In this document: one piece after another, positions 18,097 to 27,361 of the stretch
Numbering within the stretch: the stretch's first letter is position 1
How the letters are laid out: each line of letters begins with the position of its first letter
Assembly: GCA_964629885.1 (NCBI GenBank)
Contig: CAZVRJ010000001.1
Span: 19,638-83,637, forward strand
Reading direction: 5' to 3'
DNA: 64,000 bases
Source of the DNA: an uncultured Chitinophagales bacterium
GTDB taxonomy: Bacteria > Bacteroidota > Rhodothermia > Balneolales > CAYWCV01
Translations under genes and position numbers: made by a program
Notes under the pieces: generated by a model
The model's input: only the letters and a program-made list of their open reading frames with translations
Databases searched by the model: none
Told to the model about the DNA's origin: nothing

Positions 18097-20328
18097 TTAA
18101 TCAATCTGATCAAACTCAAGATAAATGCCAGCCAATGGAGGTAATGTGATACTGATGTGGGATGGCTGACCGTGCATTTCTCCGTCATAGCTTTGGTATG
18201 ACTCCGAAGTTACGCCACTTCCGCCAAACCTACTATCATCCGTGTTAAGAATAGTTCGATATATGCCTGTTTCGGGCACTCCAAATTTATAATTCTGGTG
18301 CACAACAGGCGTGAAGTTGAAGATGCAGATAACATATTTCCTCCGCTCCCTCGAAAATCGGGCAAACGAGAGAATGCTGTGGTCGGCATCGTGAAGGTTG
18401 ATCCATTGAAACCCAGTCCAGTCGAAGTCGACCTCATGCAGACTTGGACAAGTCTTGTACAGATGGTTCAACTCCTTTACAAGATTATACATCTGGCGAT
18501 GTGGTGGGTGTTCCAACAATACCCAGTCGAGGTTGGCCTCGGCGTTCCATTCCGACCACTGACCAAATTCAGAGCCCATGAAAAGCAGCTTTTTTCCAGG
18601 ATGTGCATACTTATAGGCATACAACAACCGCAGATTTGCATACCGCTGCCAATCGTCGCCTGGCATCTTGGTCAGCATGGCCTTCTTCAAGTGAACAACC
18701 TCGTCGTGTGAGAACGGTAGCACAAAGTTCTCACTGAAAGCATACATCATCGAAAAGGTGAGCTTGTTATGGTGGAACTTCCGATAAATCGGATCCCTTT
18801 GGATGTACTCGAGTGTGTCGTTCATCCATCCCATATTCCATTTGAAGTCGAAGCCGAGCCCTCCGATGTAGGTTGGCTTCGAAACCATTGGCCATGAAGT
18901 CGACTCTTCGGCCATCGTCACAACGCCGGGGTATTCCTCGTGAACTACTTCGTTGAATCGCTTCAGAAACTGGATGGCCTCCAGGTTCTCGCGACCACCA
19001 TACTTGTTGGGAAGCCATTCGCCTTCCTGTCTGGAGTAGTCGAGATAGAGCATCGAGGCCACGGCGTCGACCCGAAGTCCGTCGATGTGAAACTCCTCAC
19101 ACCAATAATTGGCATTGGAAATGAGGAAATTGATGACCTCGTTGCGCCCAAAATTAAAAATCATGGTGCCCCAGTCGCGATGCTCGCCCTGCCTTGGGTC
19201 GGCATGTTCATACAAATGCGTTCCGTCGAACATACGAAGGCCATGAGCGTCTTTGGCGAAATGGGCAGGCACCCAATCCAGTATGATGCCGACGCCTGCC
19301 TGATGACATCGATCGACGAAATACTTAAAATCATCGGGGCTTCCAAAACGGCTAGTGGGGGCGAAATAACCCGTTGTTTGATACCCCCAAGATGGGTCAT
19401 ATGGATGCTCGGCAATTGGCAACAGCTCAATGTGGGTATAGCCTAAATCCACGACGTACGGTATGAGCTGGTCGGCAAGTTCCCGATAGCTTAAATAGGG
19501 TGGTTCTTCGAGGGTGCGCTTCCATGAACCAAGGTGTACTTCATACACCGAGATGGCTGCATCGAGTGCCTGATGCGACTTGCGATGCTCCATCCAATGA
19601 TCATCTGCCCAAACGTATGCATCGGCAGATGTTACAACAGACGCTGTCTGAGGTCTAAGTTCCGATTCAAATCCGAACGGATCCGCCTTAACAAAGGGAG
19701 ATCCTGTGAATGGTGATGCAATTTCAAATTTATAAATGTCGCCCTCGGTTACACCTGGAATAAAGATTTCCCAGACACCTTGGTCGAAATATCGTCGCAT
19801 GCAATGGGTACGTCCATCCCAGTTATTGAAGGAGCCAACAACGCTGACGCGTGATGCACTAGGTGCAGCTACAACAAAATGGGTGCCGTCAACTCCATCC
19901 ACCGTTTTGCGGTGGGCGCCCATAAACTTCCAAGCCTTGTAATGCCTACCCTCGCCCCACAAATGCAGGTCAAATTCTGATACTAACAACCCAAATGAAT
20001 AGGGGTCACGGCTGCGATGCACATGCCCATCGGCATATGTGGTTTCGAGAATGTAATCTGTAGACCGTCCACCCTTGACCACAAGTTCAAACAGCCCATT
20101 ATCCCCGACGGGGTTTAATGTGTACTTTTTGCCGCTTGTTTCGACTACTACTGTTGTAGCATTGGGCAGAAAGGCGCGAAACACAACCTCGCCCTTGTGG
20201 GCAGGCTGACAACCCAATACAGAGAACGGATCGGGGTGACTTCCACGCTCAAGCGCTTCGATGTCCCATTTGCCCAACAGTGGTGTTTTCAATTGTGTAT
20301 CTTTGAATGTGGACGTTACTAGAAACAT
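18097..20328 (-). CDS. glgB: 1,4-alpha-glucan branching enzyme
   Basis: GH13 branching-enzyme motifs (…HPDPFSVLG…, DWVPAHF, GLRVDAVASM, EESTSWP, FSHDEV). The ORF track starts at 20430. I chose the ATG at 20328, but TTG at 20292 is also possible. The start is uncertain because the ORF runs head-to-head into the next gene. Confidence 0.92.
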   Translation of the reverse strand: MFLVTSTFKDTQLKTPLLGKWDIEALERGSHPDPFSVLGCQPAHKGEVVFRAFLPNATTVVVETSGKKYTLNPVGDNGLFELVVKGGRSTDYILETTYADGHVHRSRDPYSFGLLVSEFDLHLWGEGRHYKAWKFMGAHRKTVDGVDGTHFVVAAPSASRVSVVGSFNNWDGRTHCMRRYFDQGVWEIFIPGVTEGDIYKFEIASPFTGSPFVKADPFGFESELRPQTASVVTSADAYVWADDHWMEHRKSHQALDAAISVYEVHLGSWKRTLEEPPYLSYRELADQLIPYVVDLGYTHIELLPIAEHPYDPSWGYQTTGYFAPTSRFGSPDDFKYFVDRCHQAGVGIILDWVPAHFAKDAHGLRMFDGTHLYEHADPRQGEHRDWGTMIFNFGRNEVINFLISNANYWCEEFHIDGLRVDAVASMLYLDYSRQEGEWLPNKYGGRENLEAIQFLKRFNEVVHEEYPGVVTMAEESTSWPMVSKPTYIGGLGFDFKWNMGWMNDTLEYIQRDPIYRKFHHNKLTFSMMYAFSENFVLPFSHDEVVHLKKAMLTKMPGDDWQRYANLRLLYAYKYAHPGKKLLFMGSEFGQWSEWNAEANLDWVLLEHPPHRQMYNLVKELNHLYKTCPSLHEVDFDWTGFQWINLHDADHSILSFARFSRERRKYVICIFNFTPVVHQNYKFGVPETGIYRTILNTDDSRFGGSGVTSESYQSYDGEMHGQPSHISITLPPLAGIYLEFDQID

Positions 20329-21541
20329 AGCCAAACGGTACCTTTTTTCAAAAAAACGGGTGTCACTGATATCGGTGCTGACACTCATCAGCATAGCTGG
20401 TGTAACCGTTGGAACCGCTTTGTTGATCATTATACTGTCGGTTTTTAATGGTTTTTTTGATGTGATACAATCGTTGTTGAGGAACTACGATCCCGACATC
20501 CGCATCCAATCTGCCACCGCTCCAGCCTTCGCGGCCGATAGTACCTGGCTTTCTGGGTTCCAAGACATCAAAGAAATCAGTGGCATTACCCGATACGTTG
20601 AGGGCAAAGGTTTGATTGCTTACGAGGGGACTCGAGACAAGGTGGTGATTGTAAAAGGGATAGAGACAAAATCCTATTTTCCGCTAGTTGAACAGGAGAA
20701 GGCCGGAAACGTTATTATACCGCGCTTGTCGGTTGTAGACAGGCAACCCGGTATACTGATAGGAAACGACCTACGTTCCCAGTTGAATGTGGTGCCTGGC
20801 GATAGGTTGGCGCTACTGAGCCCCGAAGGTATGCGACGGTCGCTGACGCAATTTTCGGGACCGCGGTTTTATAGTTTCCAAGTAAGGGGGACCTACCAGC
20901 TTGCCTCAGTGTACGACGGCTCGATAGTATTTGTGGAGCTGGAGGCCGCTCAGCGCCTCTTCAACCTGCGCAACACGATAAGTGGCGTAGATATTCGCCT
21001 TCAATCACCCGATCAGGCAAACGCTGTGAAGTCAGTACTTGAAAAGCGTCTTGGTGCGGAGTTCGATGTCAAGACATGGTATGATCTGCAAAAGCCATTA
21101 TACGACATCATGTACATCGAAAAATGGGCTGCTTACGTGATTTTAAGCCTGATTATCGCTGTAGCTGTGCTGAATATCCTCGGATCACTAACCATGATCG
21201 TGATTCAGAAACAACGGGATATCGGGATTCTAATGAGCATGGGGTTTACGCCTCAACACATCAGATCTATTTTCATGTACCAGGGATTTTACATCGGATT
21301 GATCGGTAGCTTGGTTGGAGGCACACTCGGATTCTTGGTGTGCTATCTGCAGGATACCTATGGTATAGTGAAACTCTCGGGTTCGGCAGCATTCCTCATC
21401 GATTCCTATCCAGTGCTTATGAGTTGGGCGGATATAGCAGCTGTATTGACGGTAACGATGGCGCTATGCCTCTTGGCTGCGTTGTATCCGGCACGTCGGG
21501 CCGCAACAGTCGAGCCATCGGCAGCGATCAGGTACGAGTAA
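20309..21541 (+). CDS. Lipoprotein-releasing system LolC/E-type (FtsX-like) ABC permease
   Basis: …NIAKRYLFSKKR…SVLTLISIAGVTVG… is the characteristic LolC/E N-terminus, with 4 TM segments and a C-terminal FtsX domain. GTG at 20309 gives the usual ~7-aa lead-in. The ORF track uses ATG at 20261. Confidence 0.85.
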   Translation: MDVTRNIAKRYLFSKKRVSLISVLTLISIAGVTVGTALLIIILSVFNGFFDVIQSLLRNYDPDIRIQSATAPAFAADSTWLSGFQDIKEISGITRYVEGKGLIAYEGTRDKVVIVKGIETKSYFPLVEQEKAGNVIIPRLSVVDRQPGILIGNDLRSQLNVVPGDRLALLSPEGMRRSLTQFSGPRFYSFQVRGTYQLASVYDGSIVFVELEAAQRLFNLRNTISGVDIRLQSPDQANAVKSVLEKRLGAEFDVKTWYDLQKPLYDIMYIEKWAAYVILSLIIAVAVLNILGSLTMIVIQKQRDIGILMSMGFTPQHIRSIFMYQGFYIGLIGSLVGGTLGFLVCYLQDTYGIVKLSGSAAFLIDSYPVLMSWADIAAVLTVTMALCLLAALYPARRAATVEPSAAIRYE

Positions 21542-21542
21542 C

Positions 21543-23186
21543 TTACTCGTTGTAGGTGTCGGGCAAATCGTTTTCGTACAGTATAATATCTCCGGGCTGC
21601 AACCAATTCTTTAGGTCGTTATTCGCCTCAAAGAGCGTACGGACGGTAAAGATTTTGTCCACGTCTCCACCACCACTAATGATGCCATCACGTATTGGCC
21701 GACTCCGTTCGGGTCCAACGAGGTAAATTCGATCTAAATTCGCCCTACCAATTGCCGTGCCAAATTCGTAGTTCGCCATCTCCTCTAGGTCGCCAAGTTC
21801 CACCATCCCTGGTGTGATGATAACACGGCGTCCACCCTCAAACTGAGATAGAATTTCGACAGCATTTGCAGCCCCAACGGGATTGGAGTTGAAGGCGTCG
21901 TCGATTACGAGAATTGAGCCTTGTCGCTTTAATTCAAGCCGGTGTTCGACAGGCTCAATTTCGCTGATGGCCAGTAGCATGGTTGGCAAGCGCATTCCCA
22001 AATGCAACCCGACTGCAATGCCCTGTAGGATATTGGCCACATTGTGGGCCCCCAACATACGAGATTGTGCCTCGCCTGTTGTGCCGTCAGGCATAATTAC
22101 GGTAAATGTGCAGCCGTGCTCGTCATACCGAATATTCTTAGCCTGTATATCGCCCGATTTGAGTCCAGTTGTGGAATAGATCACGTCATTGCGACCTTTC
22201 ATACGCATCACATTCTCGTCGTCGGCATTCAGCACAACAAGGCCGTCGGGCCGTACGCGTCGTACCAGTGCTCCCTTGGTTTCGCGGATAACATCGACAG
22301 ACCCAAACGTTTCGAGATGGGCAACACCAACGTTAGTCACAACACTGATATCGGGAGTAGCGATATCGCATAACTCTTCGATGTTACCCGGATAACGGGC
22401 ACCCATTTCAAGGATCAAAAGCTCGTGGGAAGCATCTAGGTCTTCGTTGATCACCTTTGTGATGCCCATCGGCGTGTTATAGCTGCCAGGAGTAAAGCAA
22501 ACGTTGAATCGTTGCTTGAGGATGTCGCGCAAGATGAATTTGGTGCTGGTTTTGCCATAGCTCCCCGTTATTGCAATCACTTTGATGTGTTTCAATCTGC
22601 CAAGCTTATCTATTGCCGACCGTATGAAACTCTTCTGGATGTGATCTTCGACAGGCTGAAGGATTAAAGAAGCTGGAAAGACCCAGTATGGCACCAAGAT
22701 GTCTGCAAAAACCCAGATTAGTGCGACAAAGTAGATATCGAATAAAAACTCGGACGGCATGAATGATACCCAGGTCCCAAAAACAGGGGGTATCATAATT
22801 AGCAACAATGTTGCTGTAGTCAAACGAACCATCCTCGGGGTGAACGTAAGCGGCTTTTTAGACTGAGTGCGTCGGTATCTGTTGTCGAACGCATACCAGA
22901 AAAGCGCGAGGAAGAAGAGAACGATTGTTGCTGAAGTGGGGGTAATCGCTTCCCTTTGCCATATCATCACAATGACGACAAAGTTCATGAGCGTCTTTGT
23001 TGTCGAGTGTACGTATGTACTGTAATTGTGCTTTATCCAGCCGAAATATTCATTTCTCTTGTAACCTTTTTGCTGAAATATTTGCAGAAAAAATAAACCT
23101 CGAGAGACCATATGTCTTGCCATTATATATATAAATAGCACAGATAGCAGGTCGATGGCGAAGTAATACCAGTTGAGCGGAATCAA
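21543..23186 (-). CDS. MurF-like Mur-ligase family protein with an N-terminal polytopic membrane domain
   Basis: 547 aa. Residues ~1-190 form ~5 hydrophobic helices. Then come ITGSYGKTSTK (Mur ligase P-loop), …GSYNTPMGI…, …DDAFNSNP… and …ITPGMVELG…, all MurF-like. The start codon is TTG at 23186 and is uncertain. Confidence 0.75.
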   Translation of the reverse strand: MIPLNWYYFAIDLLSVLFIYIMARHMVSRGLFFLQIFQQKGYKRNEYFGWIKHNYSTYVHSTTKTLMNFVVIVMIWQREAITPTSATIVLFFLALFWYAFDNRYRRTQSKKPLTFTPRMVRLTTATLLLIMIPPVFGTWVSFMPSEFLFDIYFVALIWVFADILVPYWVFPASLILQPVEDHIQKSFIRSAIDKLGRLKHIKVIAITGSYGKTSTKFILRDILKQRFNVCFTPGSYNTPMGITKVINEDLDASHELLILEMGARYPGNIEELCDIATPDISVVTNVGVAHLETFGSVDVIRETKGALVRRVRPDGLVVLNADDENVMRMKGRNDVIYSTTGLKSGDIQAKNIRYDEHGCTFTVIMPDGTTGEAQSRMLGAHNVANILQGIAVGLHLGMRLPTMLLAISEIEPVEHRLELKRQGSILVIDDAFNSNPVGAANAVEILSQFEGGRRVIITPGMVELGDLEEMANYEFGTAIGRANLDRIYLVGPERSRPIRDGIISGGGDVDKIFTVRTLFEANNDLKNWLQPGDIILYENDLPDTYNE

Positions 23187-23250
23187 AAGCGGGGCAGGTT
23201 ACATTGCGAGGTCTAAATGGTGTGGAAATATAAGAAAAACCAAAGCACGA

Positions 23251-23372
23251 ACATCCAAGGCATCCAGGGCAACAAGGGCATCAGTTGCATCAGGTAATTC
23301 ATTCGATGCCCTTGATGCCCCTGATCACTTGGATGCCTTGGATTTGGATGCCTTGGTTGCCTTGGATCAAGG
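23251..23372. repeat. Palindromic array of degenerate 9-bp units
   Basis: About 4.5 units of ATCCAAGGC-type lie at 23253-23294, then a 10-nt spacer. About 7.5 units of the reverse-complement type (GATGCCTTG) follow at 23305-23372. The array abuts the stop codon (23374-23376) of the upstream OMP gene. Confidence 0.85.
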
Positions 23373-23373
23373 T

Positions 23374-25713
23374 TTATTTGAATGCAAACCTATAACCGGC
23401 TTGTACGCGGTTGAACCTGAACAGGTTCATGTTCATGTACTCAACAAATACGGCGTTCTTCTCGCCAATAGACTTCTCGGCTCCAACCAAAAGGTTAAAT
23501 GTGCCTTGAACGCCTTTAACTCCTGATGGTGGCTCACTGAATCCCAATATGCCCAAACCAAAACCAGCGTATGGACGCCATGGGTCGAAAGAGTCGACTC
23601 GTATGTCAGTGATGAGGTTTAAGTTCATGTTGTAAGATATCGTGTTGAAGAAGCCAAGTGTTGCATCGGGTGCAAGAGTGAAACGTCCACCAAACACATC
23701 ACCGTAATCGGCGCGAACACCAAGAAGGAACTGGAAAGGCTTACCTGCCAAATTGAAGCCGGCAGTTGCACTCAAGCCCTCGAGATTTAATTTCTCGATG
23801 GTGTTGGGATCGCGTGATTCATTCTGTGTCGATGAGGTATTAGATGTGACAACTTGTTGGCTGCCACCCACTGTAGTACTCTGGCTGTCTAGGCGCTTTT
23901 GAAGGTCAGCAACTTGTCGTTCTAGCGATTTCACGGTGTCATTTTGCTGATCAGCAATTTTCTGCAATACCCGATCTTCGATGGCCTTCTCGTCAACTTT
24001 TTGCACCTCAGCACCTTCAACTTTGATTTGCAGTTCATTACGTCCAGCTTCTTGACGCTGTTGTATTTCTCTATAAACTACCACTGTGTCGATGCGGGAA
24101 GCGCGAGTATTAGAAGAAATGATGCCGTTTTCCCTAAGCGTTTCGCGCAGTATGGATTGGATCATTGATCTTAATTGTTCTATGTCCATGGAGTTCAAAC
24201 TCGAACTGCGGGCTGACTCTTCAGACACCACCTTCATCGTGCTCGTTTTTCCAAAGCGGATGTAAACTTCACCGTCTTCAAGAATTGGGATCGTGATAAA
24301 CTTCGGTGCATCGGTCTTTGAATCGGTCTTTGAATCCGTTTTTGTAGTCGTTGTAGATTTTGACTGTTCGTGGGCTATCTGCTCACGCAGATCGATTACT
24401 TCGCGGTCGTGTTCTACAGTAACTTCTTTGATTTGACCTTCTAAATCTACAAATCGTACTACTCGGGTCTTACGTTTTGCACCAAGGGCGAAAGACATAC
24501 CACCACTGAACATCCAACTGTTTGAGATGTTTTCCGTAGAGTTGATGTCACTTATATCATCACTGCTTACTAAGATAGCTTTTGCAGAGCCGAACAACTT
24601 AAAGTTATCGTTGAGTTTGAGCTCAACCCCACCACCGCCTAAAGCGAATGGTTTGTCTGATGCAACCCTGCGACCTTCATACTGATTGTTCACATCGATG
24701 TATCCGCCACCTATGCTTAAGTAAGGCACAATACCTGTCGATGCGTCGTTGAGACGGAATTTCATCTCACCACCATACATAGCAAACTTGTCGAATTTTG
24801 TCCACTCGTCTTCTTCAAGACCTCTGAGATAGAATCCCCGTATGCCTACAAATGGCCCAAAGTCAAATCCAGCACTTCCACCGGCAACCCTTTGGTTGTC
24901 ACGATATGCTAATTTGTCGTTAAACTGAATTACGCCTACTGTAGGCTCGACGATAAGGCTGATACCCCTGAAGCCACCACTGAACTGTCGTTGCAGATCT
25001 TTGTCTAGGTCAGACATATTGGCTGGATTCCTTCCACCAAGATATCCCGTAATGCCTGCAGTAAGTGCCCAGTTCCCGATTTCTTTATCCTGCACCACCG
25101 ACCTGTTAATGCCTAGATAAGTCATATTGGCATCGCTCAAAAATGTTTTTGCAGGATTGTAGCGGTACCAAATATTGTCGACCCCAACATTAAGAGTCAA
25201 TCTGTCGTCTATGCTGAACTTGAGACCTGCACCACCCGATAGATAGATATGCTCACTTTTGGGTCGATTCTCAGGATCAATAGCAATAATTCCGGTTCCA
25301 GCCGAGATATATGGTATGGCAATTCCAGAACCAATGTTAAACGTCAAATTTCCACCATAGCGAGTTATGTCAACTTCGCGACGCTGAAAAATAGCTGCGT
25401 TAGCAGATGATCTGGGAAAAGCGACTTCGTCTAAAAAGTCGATTCTACCAATATTAGATTTAACATCTGTGCTAATCATGTACAAACCGCTGAGTTCTAC
25501 GTAGCGACCAAAGCCGAAGCCTAGTTGACCGCCGTACATGTAGCCACCATCTAAACCCGATTGCTTGTTCCAAGACATGGCGCTTCCAGTTGGACTCAAA
25601 CTGTAACTCACTCCCCTTACTTGAGCAGACACCAGTCCGGGAAATGCGATGATGGCAGCAAGAATAGCTGTCATAATCAGCGTAGTGCCATAGTAGCTCT
25701 TTATTGATTTCAT
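23374..25713 (-). CDS. Large outer-membrane protein: beta-barrel-like segments interrupted by a ~240-aa polar/coiled-coil region
   Basis: 779 aa. Signal peptide …PGLVSAQ. Residues ~30-420 and ~650-779 are G/Y/F-rich with an alternating strand pattern, ending …GYRFAFK. Residues ~420-650 are charged, Q/E/K-rich and heptad-like (…VKSLERQVADLQKRL…), with a TDSKTDSKTD repeat. Confidence 0.5.
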   Translation of the reverse strand: MKSIKSYYGTTLIMTAILAAIIAFPGLVSAQVRGVSYSLSPTGSAMSWNKQSGLDGGYMYGGQLGFGFGRYVELSGLYMISTDVKSNIGRIDFLDEVAFPRSSANAAIFQRREVDITRYGGNLTFNIGSGIAIPYISAGTGIIAIDPENRPKSEHIYLSGGAGLKFSIDDRLTLNVGVDNIWYRYNPAKTFLSDANMTYLGINRSVVQDKEIGNWALTAGITGYLGGRNPANMSDLDKDLQRQFSGGFRGISLIVEPTVGVIQFNDKLAYRDNQRVAGGSAGFDFGPFVGIRGFYLRGLEEDEWTKFDKFAMYGGEMKFRLNDASTGIVPYLSIGGGYIDVNNQYEGRRVASDKPFALGGGGVELKLNDNFKLFGSAKAILVSSDDISDINSTENISNSWMFSGGMSFALGAKRKTRVVRFVDLEGQIKEVTVEHDREVIDLREQIAHEQSKSTTTTKTDSKTDSKTDAPKFITIPILEDGEVYIRFGKTSTMKVVSEESARSSSLNSMDIEQLRSMIQSILRETLRENGIISSNTRASRIDTVVVYREIQQRQEAGRNELQIKVEGAEVQKVDEKAIEDRVLQKIADQQNDTVKSLERQVADLQKRLDSQSTTVGGSQQVVTSNTSSTQNESRDPNTIEKLNLEGLSATAGFNLAGKPFQFLLGVRADYGDVFGGRFTLAPDATLGFFNTISYNMNLNLITDIRVDSFDPWRPYAGFGLGILGFSEPPSGVKGVQGTFNLLVGAEKSIGEKNAVFVEYMNMNLFRFNRVQAGYRFAFK

Positions 25714-25844
25714 AGTTCTCCTATTGTTCTGTTACTAACACTGCTTAATTGCAAAATACGACTGATCAGAGCCATGTTATCACAACGCAATACCATATAT
25801 AACTCTGTTTTGTCCGAATAGTTCCTATTTTACGGCCCTTACGG

Positions 25845-25852
25845 TATATTTG
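25845..25852 (+). promoter_or_regulatory. Candidate Bacteroidota-type -7 promoter box (TAnnTTTG) for the 25928 gene
   Basis: TATATTTG lies 76 nt upstream of the ATG. This is a single motif match only. Confidence 0.3.
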
Positions 25853-25927
25853 AGACTCATTACCATGTAGGGATACCCGATCGTTATCTAAGTTATACCT
25901 ATTTTTTTTTTACCCCAAATCCGAATC

Positions 25928-27361
25928 ATGTTCGGCGATCTAAATCCCTCTTATAGTAGCCTATTCAGCACCATTTCAGATGTTGGTGAAGAGCTAGGCT
26001 TCAAGGTGTACGTGGTCGGTGGCTTTGTAAGAGACTACTACTTGAACCGGATCGAAAAAGATGGTGTTGCCGATATCGACATCATGACCATCGGATCTGG
26101 CTTAAAGCTTGCGAGTGATGTCGCTAAGAAGCTTAAGGTGAGATCGGTAAATGAATTTAAACAGTTTGGAACGGCACACTTCAGCTACAAGAACATGTCG
26201 GTTGAGTTCGTCGGCGCCCGCAGGGAGAGTTACCGTCGCGAATCGCGAAAGCCCATAGTCGAAGACGGATCTCTCGGAGATGACCAACAACGACGCGATT
26301 TCACCATCAATGCACTGTCGTGGTCGTTGAACAAAGATGAGTATGGCTTGTTGCTCGACCCCTACGGTGGTATTCAAGATCTTCAGAACGGGATCATCCG
26401 CACTCCCATCGATCCTGTGGTCACGTTTAATGACGATCCCTTACGTATGTTGCGGGCAATCCGCTTTGCCGGTCAACTTAACTTCTACATTGAAGAGACC
26501 ACCTTCAACGGTATCGTAGAGTGTGCCGACCGCATCACGATCATTTCGCAGGAACGCATCACCGAAGAGCTCAACAAGATGCTCGCCTGCAGCAAGCCGT
26601 CGATTCCACTAGCCCTGCTCTTTAAGACCGGGCTGCTCAAGTACATCTTCCCGGAATTATTGGCATTGCACGGAGTAGACGAGGTGAATGGGCACCGCCA
26701 TAAAGACAACTTCTGGCACACCTTGGAAGTGGTCGACAACATTGTTCCACACACCGACAACCTTTGGCTGCGTTGGGCGGCACTACTCCATGACATCGCC
26801 AAACCACCGACTAAAAAGTTTGACCCACGAGAGGGTTGGACCTTTCACGGACACGACGCTCTCGGCGCACGTTGGGTGAAGAACATCTTCCGCAGATTCG
26901 GCCTACCGATGGACGACCGCATGAAGTATGTGGCCAAGTTGGTGAGGCTACATCTTCGTCCCATTGCGTTGGCAAGCGAAGTCGTGACCGACAGCGCGGT
27001 GCGCAGACTCATTTTCGACGCAGGCGACGATATCGACGATTTGATGACGCTCTGCCGTGCCGATATCACCAGCAAGAACCACGAAAAGGTGAATAGGTAC
27101 TTGCGAAATTTTGACCGAGTAGCCGATAAAATAATTGAGGTTGAGGAAAAAGACCGTTTGCGTAACTGGCAACCACCGGTCGATGGGAATGAAATCATGG
27201 AGACGCTTGGTTTAGAGCCAGGTAAGAAAGTCGGACTCATAAAAAAAGCTATCGAAGAGGCCATCCTGAATGGCGATATTCCGAACGAGCACGACGCCGC
27301 TTTCGAATTTATGATGAAACACAAAGACCAAATCCTCGAGGGGAACCATGGAGCAGGCTGA
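25928..27361 (+). CDS. CCA-adding enzyme / poly(A) polymerase family nucleotidyltransferase with HD domain
   Basis: 477 aa. VYVVGGFVRDYYL…DIDI head domain, RRDFTINAL, then an HD motif (LLHDIAKP). Confidence 0.85.
   Translation: MFGDLNPSYSSLFSTISDVGEELGFKVYVVGGFVRDYYLNRIEKDGVADIDIMTIGSGLKLASDVAKKLKVRSVNEFKQFGTAHFSYKNMSVEFVGARRESYRRESRKPIVEDGSLGDDQQRRDFTINALSWSLNKDEYGLLLDPYGGIQDLQNGIIRTPIDPVVTFNDDPLRMLRAIRFAGQLNFYIEETTFNGIVECADRITIISQERITEELNKMLACSKPSIPLALLFKTGLLKYIFPELLALHGVDEVNGHRHKDNFWHTLEVVDNIVPHTDNLWLRWAALLHDIAKPPTKKFDPREGWTFHGHDALGARWVKNIFRRFGLPMDDRMKYVAKLVRLHLRPIALASEVVTDSAVRRLIFDAGDDIDDLMTLCRADITSKNHEKVNRYLRNFDRVADKIIEVEEKDRLRNWQPPVDGNEIMETLGLEPGKKVGLIKKAIEEAILNGDIPNEHDAAFEFMMKHKDQILEGNHGAG

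Noticed and set aside
23173-23526. 117-aa plus-strand ORF spanning the 9-mer array (…ASRATRASVASG…DALDAPDHLDALDLDALVALD…).
   Set aside because: The periodic peptide is simply the 9-bp repeat translated. The ORF overlaps the 3' end of the OMP gene and the 5' end of the MurF-like gene.
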